The notes under the pieces were generated by a model, which did no database searches, was not told the origin of the DNA, and saw only the letters and a list, made by a program, of their open reading frames with translations. A stretch of DNA of 64,000 bases from Candidatus Brocadiia bacterium (GTDB lineage Bacteria > Planctomycetota > Brocadiia > CAIUPP01). Each line of letters begins with the position of its first letter. Position 1 is the first letter of the stretch. The DNA is taken from positions 1 through 64,000 of the forward strand of contig JBEKCB010000022.1 of the NCBI GenBank assembly GCA_050015075.1, in the 5' to 3' direction. This document shows positions 35,788 through 45,548 of this stretch, one piece after another. The translations under genes were made by a program, and so were the position numbers.

Positions 35788-37431
35788 ATGGCGAAAGCAG
35801 CGCAGCCGACGGAGGGACAGTTCTCGCGCCTCTACGCACAGATGACCGGCGGCGCCGGTTCGGTGGCTGAGCCGGCCCAGTCCGCGCAGGCCGAACCGGC
35901 GGAAGTCCGCGAGAAGATCGTCCGCTGCCTGTGGTTCGATCAATTCCTCGACAGCGCGAACCTCGCGACCGAGGACGGCCGCAGGATCGCGGTGTTTTCG
36001 CCCGGATACTGGAACGAAGGCGCGGGCCCGGATTTTCGCAACGCGGAGTTCGCCTTCGGCGACGAGCCCCGCGTGCGCGGCGACGTGGAGATTCACGTCG
36101 CCGCCTCCGACTGGGGCCGCCACGGACATGCCGACGACCCGATGTACGACCGGGTGCTGCTCCACGTCGTCCTGCATAACGATCTCGGCGAGCCGACCGT
36201 GGCGCAGCGCGGCCGGCGGATTCCGCAGCTTGCGCTCGCCGGCCGGCTCAGTTCGGACCTCGGCGAGATCCTCGGATCGCTCGACCCGGACGCCTATCCG
36301 CGCGTCGGCTGCGGACGCGAGGGCGCCTGCTGCCGCAGCGTGCGCGCTTGCGGACGCGACGCGCAATGGGTCGGCCGATTTCTCGATATCGCCGGCGACG
36401 AGCGGATGCTCCGCAAGGCTGAGCGGTTCGCCGGCTTGATCGAGAAATCCACGCCCGATGACGCACTCTACGAGGCGCTCATGGAAGTCATGGGCTACAG
36501 CGCCAACCGCCGCGCGTTCAGGCTCCTCGCGCGCGCCGTGCCGCTCCGCACCCTGCGCAAGCTCATCCCGGCCGACGGCGATTTCCGCGACACGCTGCTC
36601 GCCGTGCAGGCCCTGCTGTTCGGCGCGGCCGGTTTCCTGGACGCCGCCGAGCCGACCGCCGATCCGGAATCCGCGCGCTACCTGAAGTCGCTCCGCGCCA
36701 AATGGGACGCCGCCCGGCCGGACATCGCCGGCCGCCCATTCGACGTCACTCAGGGCGGCCCTGAGCATGGTCGAAGGGGCCACATGCTTGACCGCACGGC
36801 CTGGAGCCTGCGCCGGACGCGCCCCGCGAACCACCCCATCCGCCGCATCGCCGGAATCGCCGCGTTCCTCGCGGGCAGTCTTCACACCGGGCTATGCCGC
36901 GCGATGCTCCGCGCCATCGAGGATATCCCGACCGGCGGCGGCGAGGCGCGGCGTTGCGCCGAGACGCTCCGCCGCTTCCGCGCCATGTTCGAAGAGCCGC
37001 AGCCGTTCGACTCCGCTCGCGGCCATGAGCCTGTCGAATGGCAGACATACTGGCTCCGCCGGACCGGCTTCCGGCCCGAGTCGCTCAGGCAGCCGACCGC
37101 CCTGATCGGCCCGACGCGGACGACCGAGCTGATCGTCAACGCGGTCGTCCCGCTCCTGCTCGCTCTGCAGCGCGATGGCGACCGCGCGCGCGTCGAGCAG
37201 CGCCTGCACAACGTGTATTGCTCGCTGCGCCCGCTCTCGGACAACTCGGTCACACGATACATGAAGAGCCGCATTTTCCAGGAAGGCCCGGCCGCCGGCG
37301 AGGTCGTCCGCTCGATGCGCCGCCAGCAGGGCCTGATGCAGATCTTCCACGATTACTGCGAGAGCGACAGCACCACCTGCGAGGCGTGCGGCTTCCTCGC
37401 GGCGGTCGAAGCGCGCGGAGAGCGGGCATGA
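35788..37431 (+). CDS. DUF2851 family protein
   Basis: PGYWNEGAGPDFRNAE, GDVEIH...DWGRHGHADDPMYDRVLLHVV, MGYSAN, RPANHPIRRIAG, QQGLMQI..C..C..C. Confidence 0.85.
   Translation: MAKAAQPTEGQFSRLYAQMTGGAGSVAEPAQSAQAEPAEVREKIVRCLWFDQFLDSANLATEDGRRIAVFSPGYWNEGAGPDFRNAEFAFGDEPRVRGDVEIHVAASDWGRHGHADDPMYDRVLLHVVLHNDLGEPTVAQRGRRIPQLALAGRLSSDLGEILGSLDPDAYPRVGCGREGACCRSVRACGRDAQWVGRFLDIAGDERMLRKAERFAGLIEKSTPDDALYEALMEVMGYSANRRAFRLLARAVPLRTLRKLIPADGDFRDTLLAVQALLFGAAGFLDAAEPTADPESARYLKSLRAKWDAARPDIAGRPFDVTQGGPEHGRRGHMLDRTAWSLRRTRPANHPIRRIAGIAAFLAGSLHTGLCRAMLRAIEDIPTGGGEARRCAETLRRFRAMFEEPQPFDSARGHEPVEWQTYWLRRTGFRPESLRQPTALIGPTRTTELIVNAVVPLLLALQRDGDRARVEQRLHNVYCSLRPLSDNSVTRYMKSRIFQEGPAAGEVVRSMRRQQGLMQIFHDYCESDSTTCEACGFLAAVEARGERA
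36734..36780. repeat. REP-like palindrome inside the DUF2851 CDS (in frame)
   Basis: GCCCATTCGACGTCACTCAGGGC-G-GCCCTGAGCATGGTCGAAGGGGC, translated as PFDVTQGGPEHGRRG. Confidence 0.8.
37002..37042. repeat. Second REP-like palindrome inside the DUF2851 CDS (in frame)
   Basis: GCCGTTCGACTCCGCTCGCGGCCATGAGCCTGTCGAATGGC, translated as PFDSARGHEPVEW. Confidence 0.75.
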
Positions 37432-38138
37432 CGGCGGACCGCGGCGCCAGTCCCAGGCCGGCCTACGCGACCCGCGCGACGGCGCTGCATTGGGCCGCCG
37501 GCGCGATCGCCAAGTGGGTGCTCTTTCCCTATTACCTGACCGTCCGCATCGTGGAAGGCGGCGAGCTCCGGACCAAAATGCTGCGCCACCCTCGGCCGGC
37601 CGGCATCTATGCCTTCTGGCATTCGCACCAGCTCTCGGCGGTGTGGCATTTCCGCCGGGTCGCCGCCGGGATCCTGATCAGCGCGTCGAAAGACGGAGAA
37701 TACATCGCGCGCATCGCGCGGTCGGTCGGCTTCGTGCCGCTGCGCGGATCGTCCTCGCGGCTCGGCGCTCCGGGGCTCAAAGCGCTCATCGAGCTCGCGC
37801 GCAGCGGCCGGACGGTGGCGATCACGCCCGACGGCCCGCGCGGCCCGAGGTATTCCATCGGCCCGGGCGTCCTTGCCCTGGCGCAGAAGAGCGGCTATCC
37901 GATCGTCCCGTTCGCCATCGGCCTTTCGAGCTTCTGGGAATTGCCGAGCTGGGACCGGTTCCGAATCCCGAAACCGTTCTCCCGCGGCTATGCCTGCTGG
38001 GGCGAGCCGCTTTCGGTCCCGCCCGACGCGGATGACGCGGCGCTGGACCAGCTCGCCGCCGAACTTCGCCGCCGGATGATTGACCTCGAGCAATTCGCGG
38101 ACCGCATGGCCCGAACCCAGGGCTGGCGAAACGGCTGA
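37428..38138 (+). CDS. DUF374 / lysophospholipid acyltransferase family protein
   Basis: AFWHS, LISASKDGEYIA, RGSSSR, ITPDGPRGP, SWDRFRIPKPFS. Confidence 0.88.
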   Translation: MTADRGASPRPAYATRATALHWAAGAIAKWVLFPYYLTVRIVEGGELRTKMLRHPRPAGIYAFWHSHQLSAVWHFRRVAAGILISASKDGEYIARIARSVGFVPLRGSSSRLGAPGLKALIELARSGRTVAITPDGPRGPRYSIGPGVLALAQKSGYPIVPFAIGLSSFWELPSWDRFRIPKPFSRGYACWGEPLSVPPDADDAALDQLAAELRRRMIDLEQFADRMARTQGWRNG

Positions 38139-38139
38139 A

Positions 38140-38382
38140 CGTTTTTGCCACGGATTGCACGGATTTGCACGGATTACCGGCGACGAACTGAATACGACGA
38201 ACGTTCTTGCCACGGATTTCACGGATTCACACGGATTACCGGCGACAAACTGAACCGCTGAAGAATAGTCTTCGCCTTTGCCTCCGGTAATCCGTGGCCA
38301 TCCGTGAAATCCGTGGCAAAAATCCGTTTTGCCTTTTTGTCTTTAATCCGCGGTCATTCGTGCAATCCGCGGCAAGAACGTT
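38140..38382. repeat. Doubly nested palindrome of 9-nt-period CACGGAT arms (L1-L2-R2-R1)
   Basis: Two left arms GCCACGGATT(G/T)CACGGATT..CACGGATTACCGG and two right arms AATCCGTGGCCATCCGTGAAATCCGTGGC and AATCCGCGGTCATTCGTGCAATCCGCGGC. Confidence 0.88.
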
Positions 38383-38421
38383 AACTGGAAACCCGCGCGG
38401 CAAGCTGGTAAACTCCGCCGC

Positions 38422-39135
38422 ATGCTGATCATCCCCGCCATTGACCTGAAAGACGGCTGCGCCGTGCGCCTGGTGCGCGGCGAGGCGGCCCAGGCGACGG
38501 TCTTCTCCAACGATCCGGTCGAGGTCGCGCTCCGCTGGCGCAGCGAGGGCGCGGAGTACCTGCACGTCGTGGACCTCGACGGCGCGTTCGAGGGTGAGCC
38601 GGTCCAGTTCGGCATGGCTGTCCAGATCGCGCGCGAGAGCGGCCTGCCGGCCGAGGTCGGCGGCGGCATCCGCACGCGCGACACGGTGCTGCGCTACCTG
38701 AACGCGGGGCTGGACCGCGTGGTCATCGGCACGCGCGCGCTCGAGTCGCCCGAGTGGCTGGCGAAGCTGTGCGAGGAATTCCCCGGCCGCATCGCCGCCG
38801 GAGTGGACGCGCGCGGCGGCCGCGTCGCCGTCCGCGGCTGGGTGGAGACCTCCGAACTCACCGCCCTCGAACTCGCCCGCCGGCTGAGCGGCATCCCGTT
38901 GCGCGCCGTGATCTTCACCGACATCTCGGCGGACGGAACGATGGCCGGCCCGGCCATCGAGAGCACCCGCGCCTTCGCCGAAATGATCCGGCTGCCGGTG
39001 ATCGCCTCCGGCGGCGTCGGCAGCATCGAGCATTTGCGGCAGATCGCGCGCCTGCCGGTCGAGGCCGCCATCGTCGGCCGCGCGCTCTACACCGGCGCGG
39101 TGTCGCTGCCCGATGCCATCGCGGCCGCGCGCTGA
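38422..39135 (+). CDS. hisA: ProFAR isomerase
   Basis: IIPAIDLKDGCAVRL, LHVVDLDGA, EVGGGIR, FTDISADGTMAGP, IASGGV. Confidence 0.96.
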   Translation: MLIIPAIDLKDGCAVRLVRGEAAQATVFSNDPVEVALRWRSEGAEYLHVVDLDGAFEGEPVQFGMAVQIARESGLPAEVGGGIRTRDTVLRYLNAGLDRVVIGTRALESPEWLAKLCEEFPGRIAAGVDARGGRVAVRGWVETSELTALELARRLSGIPLRAVIFTDISADGTMAGPAIESTRAFAEMIRLPVIASGGVGSIEHLRQIARLPVEAAIVGRALYTGAVSLPDAIAAAR

Positions 39136-39149
39136 AGGAGTTTTGTGAA

Positions 39150-39228
39150 TCGTCCTCGTCGTCGTCCTCGGCCTCGTCCTCGGTCGTTCAAAACGGCCGT
39201 TCGAGGCCGAGGACGACGACGAGGACGA
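39150..39228. repeat. (TCGTCC)n/(GGACGA)n palindrome with perfect 27-bp arms
   Basis: TCGTCCTCGTCGTCGTCCTCGGCCTCG (39150-39176) / CGAGGCCGAGGACGACGACGAGGACGA (39202-39228). Confidence 0.88.
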
Positions 39229-39262
39229 GTACGATGAAAGTTCAGCCCTCGGACCATAACGC

Positions 39263-40966
39263 ATGAACTCATCCCGCCTGATCGTCCTCACGCTCGCCCT
39301 CTGCATCCTGACGGGCATTTGGGGCTACTGCCACGAGTGCTCGCGCGAGCCGGACGACACCGGCGACGAAAGCGCGTATCTTTCCGAATCCGCATGGATC
39401 GCCGAGCACGGCGGAATTTTCGGCTACCTCCGGCTCTGCGCTCAGGGACGCTATCAGCGGACGGGGACTTACCCGCTGCTGGCCGTCGCCGCTGCTCCGT
39501 TCGCGTCGCGCGACCTTGCCTTCATCCGCCCGGCCCGGCTGTTCAAGAGCGCCCTGACGGCGCTGGCGTTGATCGGCATTTTCCTTGTCACCGGACGATT
39601 GACGTCCTGGGACCACGGCGCATGGCTGATCGCCATGATCGCGCTCTCGCGGAACTGGCTCGGGAAGGCCGGCGTCTTCACGATTGACCCGATCATCTAC
39701 GCGCTCATTTTCCTGGCCTGGCTGCTGATCGCCGGCTTGTGGCGGCCGAAGGGCCGGTGGCTCTGGGCCGGCGCGGCGTTCGGGCTGGCCTGGATGGCCA
39801 AGGGAACCGCCCTGCTGCTCCTGGCGGGGCTGATCGGCGCGGTCGCGTGGCGGCTGGCATTCGGGCGCGACCGTCTTCGCCTGCTGACTTCGGCCCGCTT
39901 CTGGATGGCGGGCGTCCTGTTCGCGGCCGGCATGGCCGTCACCGCCGCCCCGCTGCTCATGCAGACCACGCTCGCCGCGCGCTCCGAAAGCGCCCTGACG
40001 CGCTACCTGCCGCCGGGGCTGTGGCTGGACAGTTGGAGCCAGCGGCTGGAGACCAATCCGGAGCGCGCCACGCAGGGGATGAGCGGCTATCTCCAGAGGC
40101 ACGGCCTGGCGGGCGCGGCTGAGCGCCTGGTCCAGGGCATGGCCGACCAGGCGCCGCGGTTCGTCGGCGTCTTCGCGATAGACAAGGAAGCGCCGAAGGC
40201 GCTCTGGGTGCTGACGCTGATCTGCTCGGCCGGCCTCTTCGCGCTGGCCGTCCGCGGGATGGTCCGCGAGCGCGACTCGTGGGCGCGGTCATACACGGTC
40301 CTGTTCGTCCTCGCGGGGTTCCTGCTTTACTCCTGGTTCTCCGCCATCACCTATGCCTCGCGCTTCGCCGCGACGTTCGGGCCGGTATTTGCATGGTACG
40401 CAGCGGCGGAGATTTCGCCGCTATTGCGCCGACTGGCCGAACGCCTTTGGGCGGCGCGGCCTGAATTGCGCGAGGCCGTCCCCAGGCGCGTCGTCGCGGG
40501 GATCATCGCCCTGCTGATTCTCTGCCTGGTCATCAGCAACGGGAAACGCCTGCCCGCCGATCCGCGCGAGCCGCTGCCGCTGAAGCCGGACTACGCGAAG
40601 CTCATGAACTGGTACGATCAAAACGTAGCGCGCACCGGCGCGGTCTGCGTCCACACGATGGACCTGGGCTGGCGATTCCGCTTCCTCTGGCTGCTGCCCC
40701 CGTCGCAAGCAATTGAAATGCCCATGGCACCGGACTTCGCCGCCTTCATGGCCTGGGCGGACAAAGCCGAAGCGGAATATCTCCTGCTCGCGCGCCCCGC
40801 GCCCGAATACGCCGACTTCCTCAAGCCGCCCCTGGGCGACTTCATCTGCAACGACCCCGCCGCCGGCCTGATCCAGAGCGCCCCAATTCCCGGCTGGCGC
40901 CTCGTTCTCGAAGACCGCGATGGCGTCTGCGACTACCTCGTCTACCGCCGCCAGCGAACGCGTTGA
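39263..40966 (+). CDS. ArnT/PMT-like (GT-C) membrane glycosyltransferase
   Basis: DESAY loop motif, YPLL, AGAAFGLAWMAKG, many TM helices. Confidence 0.7.
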   Translation: MNSSRLIVLTLALCILTGIWGYCHECSREPDDTGDESAYLSESAWIAEHGGIFGYLRLCAQGRYQRTGTYPLLAVAAAPFASRDLAFIRPARLFKSALTALALIGIFLVTGRLTSWDHGAWLIAMIALSRNWLGKAGVFTIDPIIYALIFLAWLLIAGLWRPKGRWLWAGAAFGLAWMAKGTALLLLAGLIGAVAWRLAFGRDRLRLLTSARFWMAGVLFAAGMAVTAAPLLMQTTLAARSESALTRYLPPGLWLDSWSQRLETNPERATQGMSGYLQRHGLAGAAERLVQGMADQAPRFVGVFAIDKEAPKALWVLTLICSAGLFALAVRGMVRERDSWARSYTVLFVLAGFLLYSWFSAITYASRFAATFGPVFAWYAAAEISPLLRRLAERLWAARPELREAVPRRVVAGIIALLILCLVISNGKRLPADPREPLPLKPDYAKLMNWYDQNVARTGAVCVHTMDLGWRFRFLWLLPPSQAIEMPMAPDFAAFMAWADKAEAEYLLLARPAPEYADFLKPPLGDFICNDPAAGLIQSAPIPGWRLVLEDRDGVCDYLVYRRQRTR

Positions 40967-40988
40967 GAGAAGAACTCGATCCAGCGTC

Positions 40989-42422
40989 CTATTCGGTTTC
41001 CTTCAGCTTTTCCGCCGGCGCCGGAAGGCTCTTCGGCTCTCCCCTGTGGCTCCGGTGCTCGGTGTTGGAGCGCACTTTATTGGTGAAGATGAAATCGGGG
41101 CCGAACCATCCCTTCTCGTCTGCGATGGATGCTTCGCCGCCGTCGTCCTTCAGGTCATAGCCGACGCGCCAGAGTTTCCAGCCACGCGCCGTGCGGGCAT
41201 AGCGCAGAGGCTTGCCGTCGAACGGATCGGAGGGAACTTCGGGCAGGATTCCTGGCACGAGTGCATCGAGGCGGTCAGGTGGCGTGCCATGCATCTTCTC
41301 ATAGAGGGCGATGGCCGCGCGGATCTGAAGCACGCGCATTGTGAGGTCATACTGCGCCCAGTATCGCGGCAGCGATTCCAACCAAACCGGCGCCAGTTCT
41401 GCCTGTAGCGGATGCCTGTCCTTGACCTCCTTGACCGCGGCTTCGGCGGATCGAAGCAGTTCGGGGAGCGGCTTGGAGAACATCTTTAGCAGGAAGGCGT
41501 TATACGCGTCGTAGTCCTTTCCGAACTCATTGGCCGTTTCAGGACACATGGCCATTGTGATCTTGACATATTCCGCCTCTCGCTTCACCGTGGCCAGCCG
41601 CATCTTTGGCGTTGTTTCCATTTCGCGGCAGCGCGCGATGATGCGCTTCAACTCAGCCTCATCCAGCGAACTGTTCGCAACAAGGGAATCCAAGTCGCTT
41701 GCTCCGAGAGCCTGAACCGCAAGCGCTACAAGTTGCGCGATCAGCACGGAATCTTCCTGAAGCTTATTGCCCATTTGCAAGCATTCGACGTACCGCTCAG
41801 CGGCAACGTCGGGCCGGCCCTCCAGTTCGGCGGCGAATCCGGCATCGGACAGGAACCGCGCCAGGTTGCGGATGTCTGCCATACCTGGCAATGCGGGGTA
41901 TGGAGAAGGGCATTCTACATTGCTGACCAGCCAAGGAAACTGGAGAGCGCGCTGGTTCAGCCCCTCCTTAAAGGTTGCAAGGACCGATGCGTTTTCCTTG
42001 ATGTAACGCGTAAACCCGGCAGAGTCGCCTGCATAAGATTCTTCCACCGAAACTGATCCGGGCGGTTCAGGCGACATCTTTTCGCAGCGCTCGGCCAAGT
42101 CCCTGGCGGCCTTGATAAAGTAACAGAAGGCGTTCTTCTCCGGCGGCACGTTCGGCCAGAGTGGGCCTAACGCCTTGATTTCCTCTTTCGTCGGCATCCG
42201 CGCGATCCCAGTTATAAGATTGGGATAAAGCTTGAACAGGACGGAATAGTCGTCCACGTCTTTTTCGGGCGCAGGCGTTGAAGTGGCAGGCGACGGATTG
42301 TTGGGCGTCGCGGCTTCCGCCTTGGCGGTACTGATCTTTCCTTTCTCTGTAAGTGGCGAAGCGCAGGAGATGACGCCGGAGATCAGGAGTGCCAGCAGCA
42401 TCGTCATTTTCCTGAACACCAT
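40989..42422 (-). CDS. Hypothetical lipoprotein with a GspG-like C-terminal motif
   Basis: Lipobox-like VISC; C-terminal LVPGILPEVPSDPFDGKPLRY...WRVGYDLKDDGG; lower GC. Confidence 0.75.
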   Translation of the reverse strand: MVFRKMTMLLALLISGVISCASPLTEKGKISTAKAEAATPNNPSPATSTPAPEKDVDDYSVLFKLYPNLITGIARMPTKEEIKALGPLWPNVPPEKNAFCYFIKAARDLAERCEKMSPEPPGSVSVEESYAGDSAGFTRYIKENASVLATFKEGLNQRALQFPWLVSNVECPSPYPALPGMADIRNLARFLSDAGFAAELEGRPDVAAERYVECLQMGNKLQEDSVLIAQLVALAVQALGASDLDSLVANSSLDEAELKRIIARCREMETTPKMRLATVKREAEYVKITMAMCPETANEFGKDYDAYNAFLLKMFSKPLPELLRSAEAAVKEVKDRHPLQAELAPVWLESLPRYWAQYDLTMRVLQIRAAIALYEKMHGTPPDRLDALVPGILPEVPSDPFDGKPLRYARTARGWKLWRVGYDLKDDGGEASIADEKGWFGPDFIFTNKVRSNTEHRSHRGEPKSLPAPAEKLKETE

Positions 42423-42435
42423 TTCCCGTCTCCTA

Positions 42436-43608
42436 TCACTTGGCCGCCAGGAACGTCTGCGCGCACTGGACGAGCATGGCGGCGCCGATCGGGAGGATTC
42501 GCTCGTCGAAGTCGAAGCGGTTGCTGTGATGCCCCTTCACCTTGCGGCCGCGGCGGGTTCCTATGCTGAAGAACGCGCCCGGCACGCGCTCGAGGAAGAA
42601 GGAGAAGTCCTCACTGCCCATCGTCATCTTGTCTTTCACGACGCGCCGGCCCAGGGCTGCGGCGGCGGCCTTGACGATGCCGACCGCGGCGGCGTCGTTC
42701 ACGAGCACGGGACAACTGATATCCCAGAAAATCCGGCCTTCGACGGAGTGCGCGGCGGCGGTCTGCCTTACGACGCGCTTCATGCGGGCCATCACGCGCC
42801 TGCGCATCTTCGGCTGGAAGGTCCGCAGCGTGCCGCGCAGCTCCACGTTGTGCGGGATCACATTGTAGGAAACGCCGCTCTCGAAGGAGCAGATGGAGAT
42901 GACGCAGGGCTGGAACGGATCGGCCATGCGGCGGACGCCGGCGAGTTGCTGGTAGATCTGGTTAGCCGGGACCAGCGGGTCGCGCGTGCGGTCCGGGTGG
43001 CTGGCGTGTCCGCCGCGGCCGGTGACGACGATGCGGAAGTGGTCCGCGCCGGCCATGCCGGGGCCTTCGCGCAGAGCGATGGTGCCGAACGGCCGGTCAG
43101 TGCTGACGTGCGCGGCAAAGATCGCGTCCACTTTCGGCGATGCGAGCGCGCCGTCCTTTACCATGAGCGGCGCGCCGCTGACGATCTCCTCCGCCGGCTG
43201 AAAAATAAACTTCACATTGCCGGGCAATTCCCTGCGCATCCGCGAGAGCATGAACGCCGCGCCGAGGAGCATCGCCGTGTGCCCGTCGTGGCCGCAGGCG
43301 TGCATCACGCCGGCGTTGCGCGAGCGGTACGGCACCTCATTGGCTTCCTGCAGCGGCAGCGCGTCCATGTCCGCGCGCAGCGCGACCGTCCTGCGCGCGC
43401 CTTTGACGCGCAGCAGGCCCACGACGCCCGTCTTGCCCACTCCCGTTCTCACCTCCACATCAGCCGCGCGGAGCATCTCCGCGACGCAGCGGGCGGTCCG
43501 CTTCTCGTTGAATGCGAGTTCCGGATGCGAGTGGATGTCGCGGCGGATGCGGGTGAGCCGCGCCCTCAGCGCGGAGGCCATTTCCAATATCTGCGTCGGA
43601 TTGCTCAT
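42436..43608 (-). CDS. M20D family amidohydrolase
   Basis: RRDIHSHPELAFNE, ALRADMDALP, MHACGHDGHT, FQPAEE, GRGGHAS, MGSEDF. Confidence 0.92.
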   Translation of the reverse strand: MSNPTQILEMASALRARLTRIRRDIHSHPELAFNEKRTARCVAEMLRAADVEVRTGVGKTGVVGLLRVKGARRTVALRADMDALPLQEANEVPYRSRNAGVMHACGHDGHTAMLLGAAFMLSRMRRELPGNVKFIFQPAEEIVSGAPLMVKDGALASPKVDAIFAAHVSTDRPFGTIALREGPGMAGADHFRIVVTGRGGHASHPDRTRDPLVPANQIYQQLAGVRRMADPFQPCVISICSFESGVSYNVIPHNVELRGTLRTFQPKMRRRVMARMKRVVRQTAAAHSVEGRIFWDISCPVLVNDAAAVGIVKAAAAALGRRVVKDKMTMGSEDFSFFLERVPGAFFSIGTRRGRKVKGHHSNRFDFDERILPIGAAMLVQCAQTFLAAK

Positions 43609-43697
43609 GGACGATTCTCCTGCTGAAATGCGCGCATCGGCGTGGACATGAGACATGAGATTATCACTGAAGCGGGCGGTTGACAACTCACATGGCA

Positions 43698-43792
43698 GGA
43701 GATTGGGAAATTAGGAGATTGGGAAATTGGGACTTCGGCCGACAGTTATCTCTCCTAATTTCCTAATCTCCCAGTCTCCCAATCGCCCAATC
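43698..43792. repeat. 8-nt-period GGAGATTG/CAATCTCC palindrome
   Basis: GGAGATTGGGAAATTAGGAGATTGGGAAATTGGGA ... TCCTAATTTCCTAATCTCCCAGTCTCCCAATCGCC. Confidence 0.85.
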
Positions 43793-43801
43793 GTCCTCAA
43801 G

Positions 43802-45475
43802 CTACCGCAGCTCCATGATGATGTGCGCCAGTTTGGCGGGGTCGTGGCGGAGGAGGTCCTGCTTTTCCCAGAGGACGCGCTCCTGGTCCACGTTTTCGAC
43901 GATGTCGGCTTCGATGATCTGCGGGCCGAGGGAACGGAGGTCGTCGTCGGCGCGGAGCAGTTGCGCGCCGGCGGCCTGGTATCGCTCGAGGACTTCCTTG
44001 GGCGGCATGGTGCTGTTGACGATGGCGTAGTCGGGCGCGCCGTCGCCGAGGTATCGCTGCACGGCGCGCACGTGATCGGCGGCGGTGTAGCCGTCGGTCT
44101 GGCCGGGCTGGGTGACGATGTTGCAGATGTAGATCACCCGCGCGTCGGAGCCGCGGATCGCGCGCGTGATGCCGCGGACGAGCAGGTTGGTGATGACGCT
44201 GGTGTAGAGGCTGCCCGGCCCGATGACGATGGTGTCCGCCTGGGCGATCTCCTGGATCGCCTCCTCGGTGGCGGCGGCGTCTTCGGGCTCGAGATAGACG
44301 TGCTCGATGGGCGCCTTGTTCTCGGCGCGGACGTTGTACTCCTCGCGGACGATTGTGCCGTCCTGGAGCAGCGCGCAGAGGTGCGTGTCGGCGAGCGTGG
44401 ACGGGATGACTTTGCCTTCGATGGCGAGGATTTCGCTCGCCGCGCGAAGCGCCTGCTCGAACGAGCCGGTGATCTTCTCGAGCGCGGCCAGGAAGAGGTT
44501 GCCGAAGCTCATCCCGGCCAGGCCGCCCTCCTCGAAACGATACTGGAAGAGGTCGTGCAACTGGCGGCCGGTCTTGTCGCTGCTCGAGAGGGCGATCAGG
44601 CAGTTGCGCGCGTCGCCGGGCGGCAGCACGCCGAGGTCGCGCCGGAGTTTGCCGGAGCTGCGGCCGGAATCGGTCACGGTCACGATGGCAGTCAGGTTGC
44701 GCGAGAACGCCTTGAGGCCCTGCAGCACCATCGGCAGGCCGGTGCCGCCGCCGATGGCCAGGATGCGCGCCTGCTCGCGATGGCGCCGCTTGTTGGCGGC
44801 GGCGAGCACGTCGTGCAGCTCGGTGAGGCGCGTGATGCGGAAGTCCGGCTGCTCGAACTGGTTCTTCGGCTGGAGCGATTTGAACCGGCCCTGCATGATC
44901 TGCACGGTGGTGATGCGCAGGTAGTTGGCGACGCGGATTTCCGCGTCCACGCGGTCGCCGACGATCAGGCACTCCTGCGGCGTCAGGCCGTGCCGCGTCA
45001 TGAGCGCGATGCAGCTCTCTTCGAGCCCGGTCCCGATCTCGGTGTCGGTGATGTCCACTTCGTCGAAGAGCGGGCCGAGGCCCAGGAGCTTGATCTTCTG
45101 CTCCTGCCGCCGGTGCACGCCGGTGGTGACGAGGAAGAGCATGTACCCCTGCGCGCGCAGGTTGCGCAGGACGGAGATGACGTCGGGGAACGGGCGGATG
45201 TCTTCCACCTCGGACTGGTTGTACGCGCGGAGGATGCTCTCGACGACGTCGCGGCCCTTTCCGTATCGCTCGGCGATATGGTCGAACACGCGGTAGCTCG
45301 GCCCGTGGCGCGCGGTGAGGTCGGCCTGCATGTGGAAGGCCTCCTCCTCGGTGCAGGGCAGGCCGGCCGCGACCATCGCCTTCGCGGCGCGCCGCCGGGC
45401 CGCGTCAACGAGCGAGCCGGAGCAGTCGTACAGAGTGTCGTCGAGATCGAACAGGATCGCTTTTATGCGGGCCAT
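43802..45475 (-). CDS. HAD-family hydrolase fused to a YvcK/GlmR (CofD-related) domain
   Basis: N-terminal FDLDDTL...VGDRVDAEI; C-terminal IGGGTGL, VTVTDSGRSSG.LR, PPGDARNC, GPGSLYTSV, RHDP. Confidence 0.88.
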   Translation of the reverse strand: MARIKAILFDLDDTLYDCSGSLVDAARRRAAKAMVAAGLPCTEEEAFHMQADLTARHGPSYRVFDHIAERYGKGRDVVESILRAYNQSEVEDIRPFPDVISVLRNLRAQGYMLFLVTTGVHRRQEQKIKLLGLGPLFDEVDITDTEIGTGLEESCIALMTRHGLTPQECLIVGDRVDAEIRVANYLRITTVQIMQGRFKSLQPKNQFEQPDFRITRLTELHDVLAAANKRRHREQARILAIGGGTGLPMVLQGLKAFSRNLTAIVTVTDSGRSSGKLRRDLGVLPPGDARNCLIALSSSDKTGRQLHDLFQYRFEEGGLAGMSFGNLFLAALEKITGSFEQALRAASEILAIEGKVIPSTLADTHLCALLQDGTIVREEYNVRAENKAPIEHVYLEPEDAAATEEAIQEIAQADTIVIGPGSLYTSVITNLLVRGITRAIRGSDARVIYICNIVTQPGQTDGYTAADHVRAVQRYLGDGAPDYAIVNSTMPPKEVLERYQAAGAQLLRADDDLRSLGPQIIEADIVENVDQERVLWEKQDLLRHDPAKLAHIIMELR

Positions 45476-45548
45476 GGCTCCGCCGGGACAAGATCGGGTG
45501 CAGGGGCGGCAAGAACGCGCTCGCCCGCTGCGGGTATCGGGCCGGAAG

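Noticed and set aside
38140-38382. CRISPR-like repeat cluster
   Set aside because: Copies are in inverted orientation, internally periodic and degenerate, with no regular spacers
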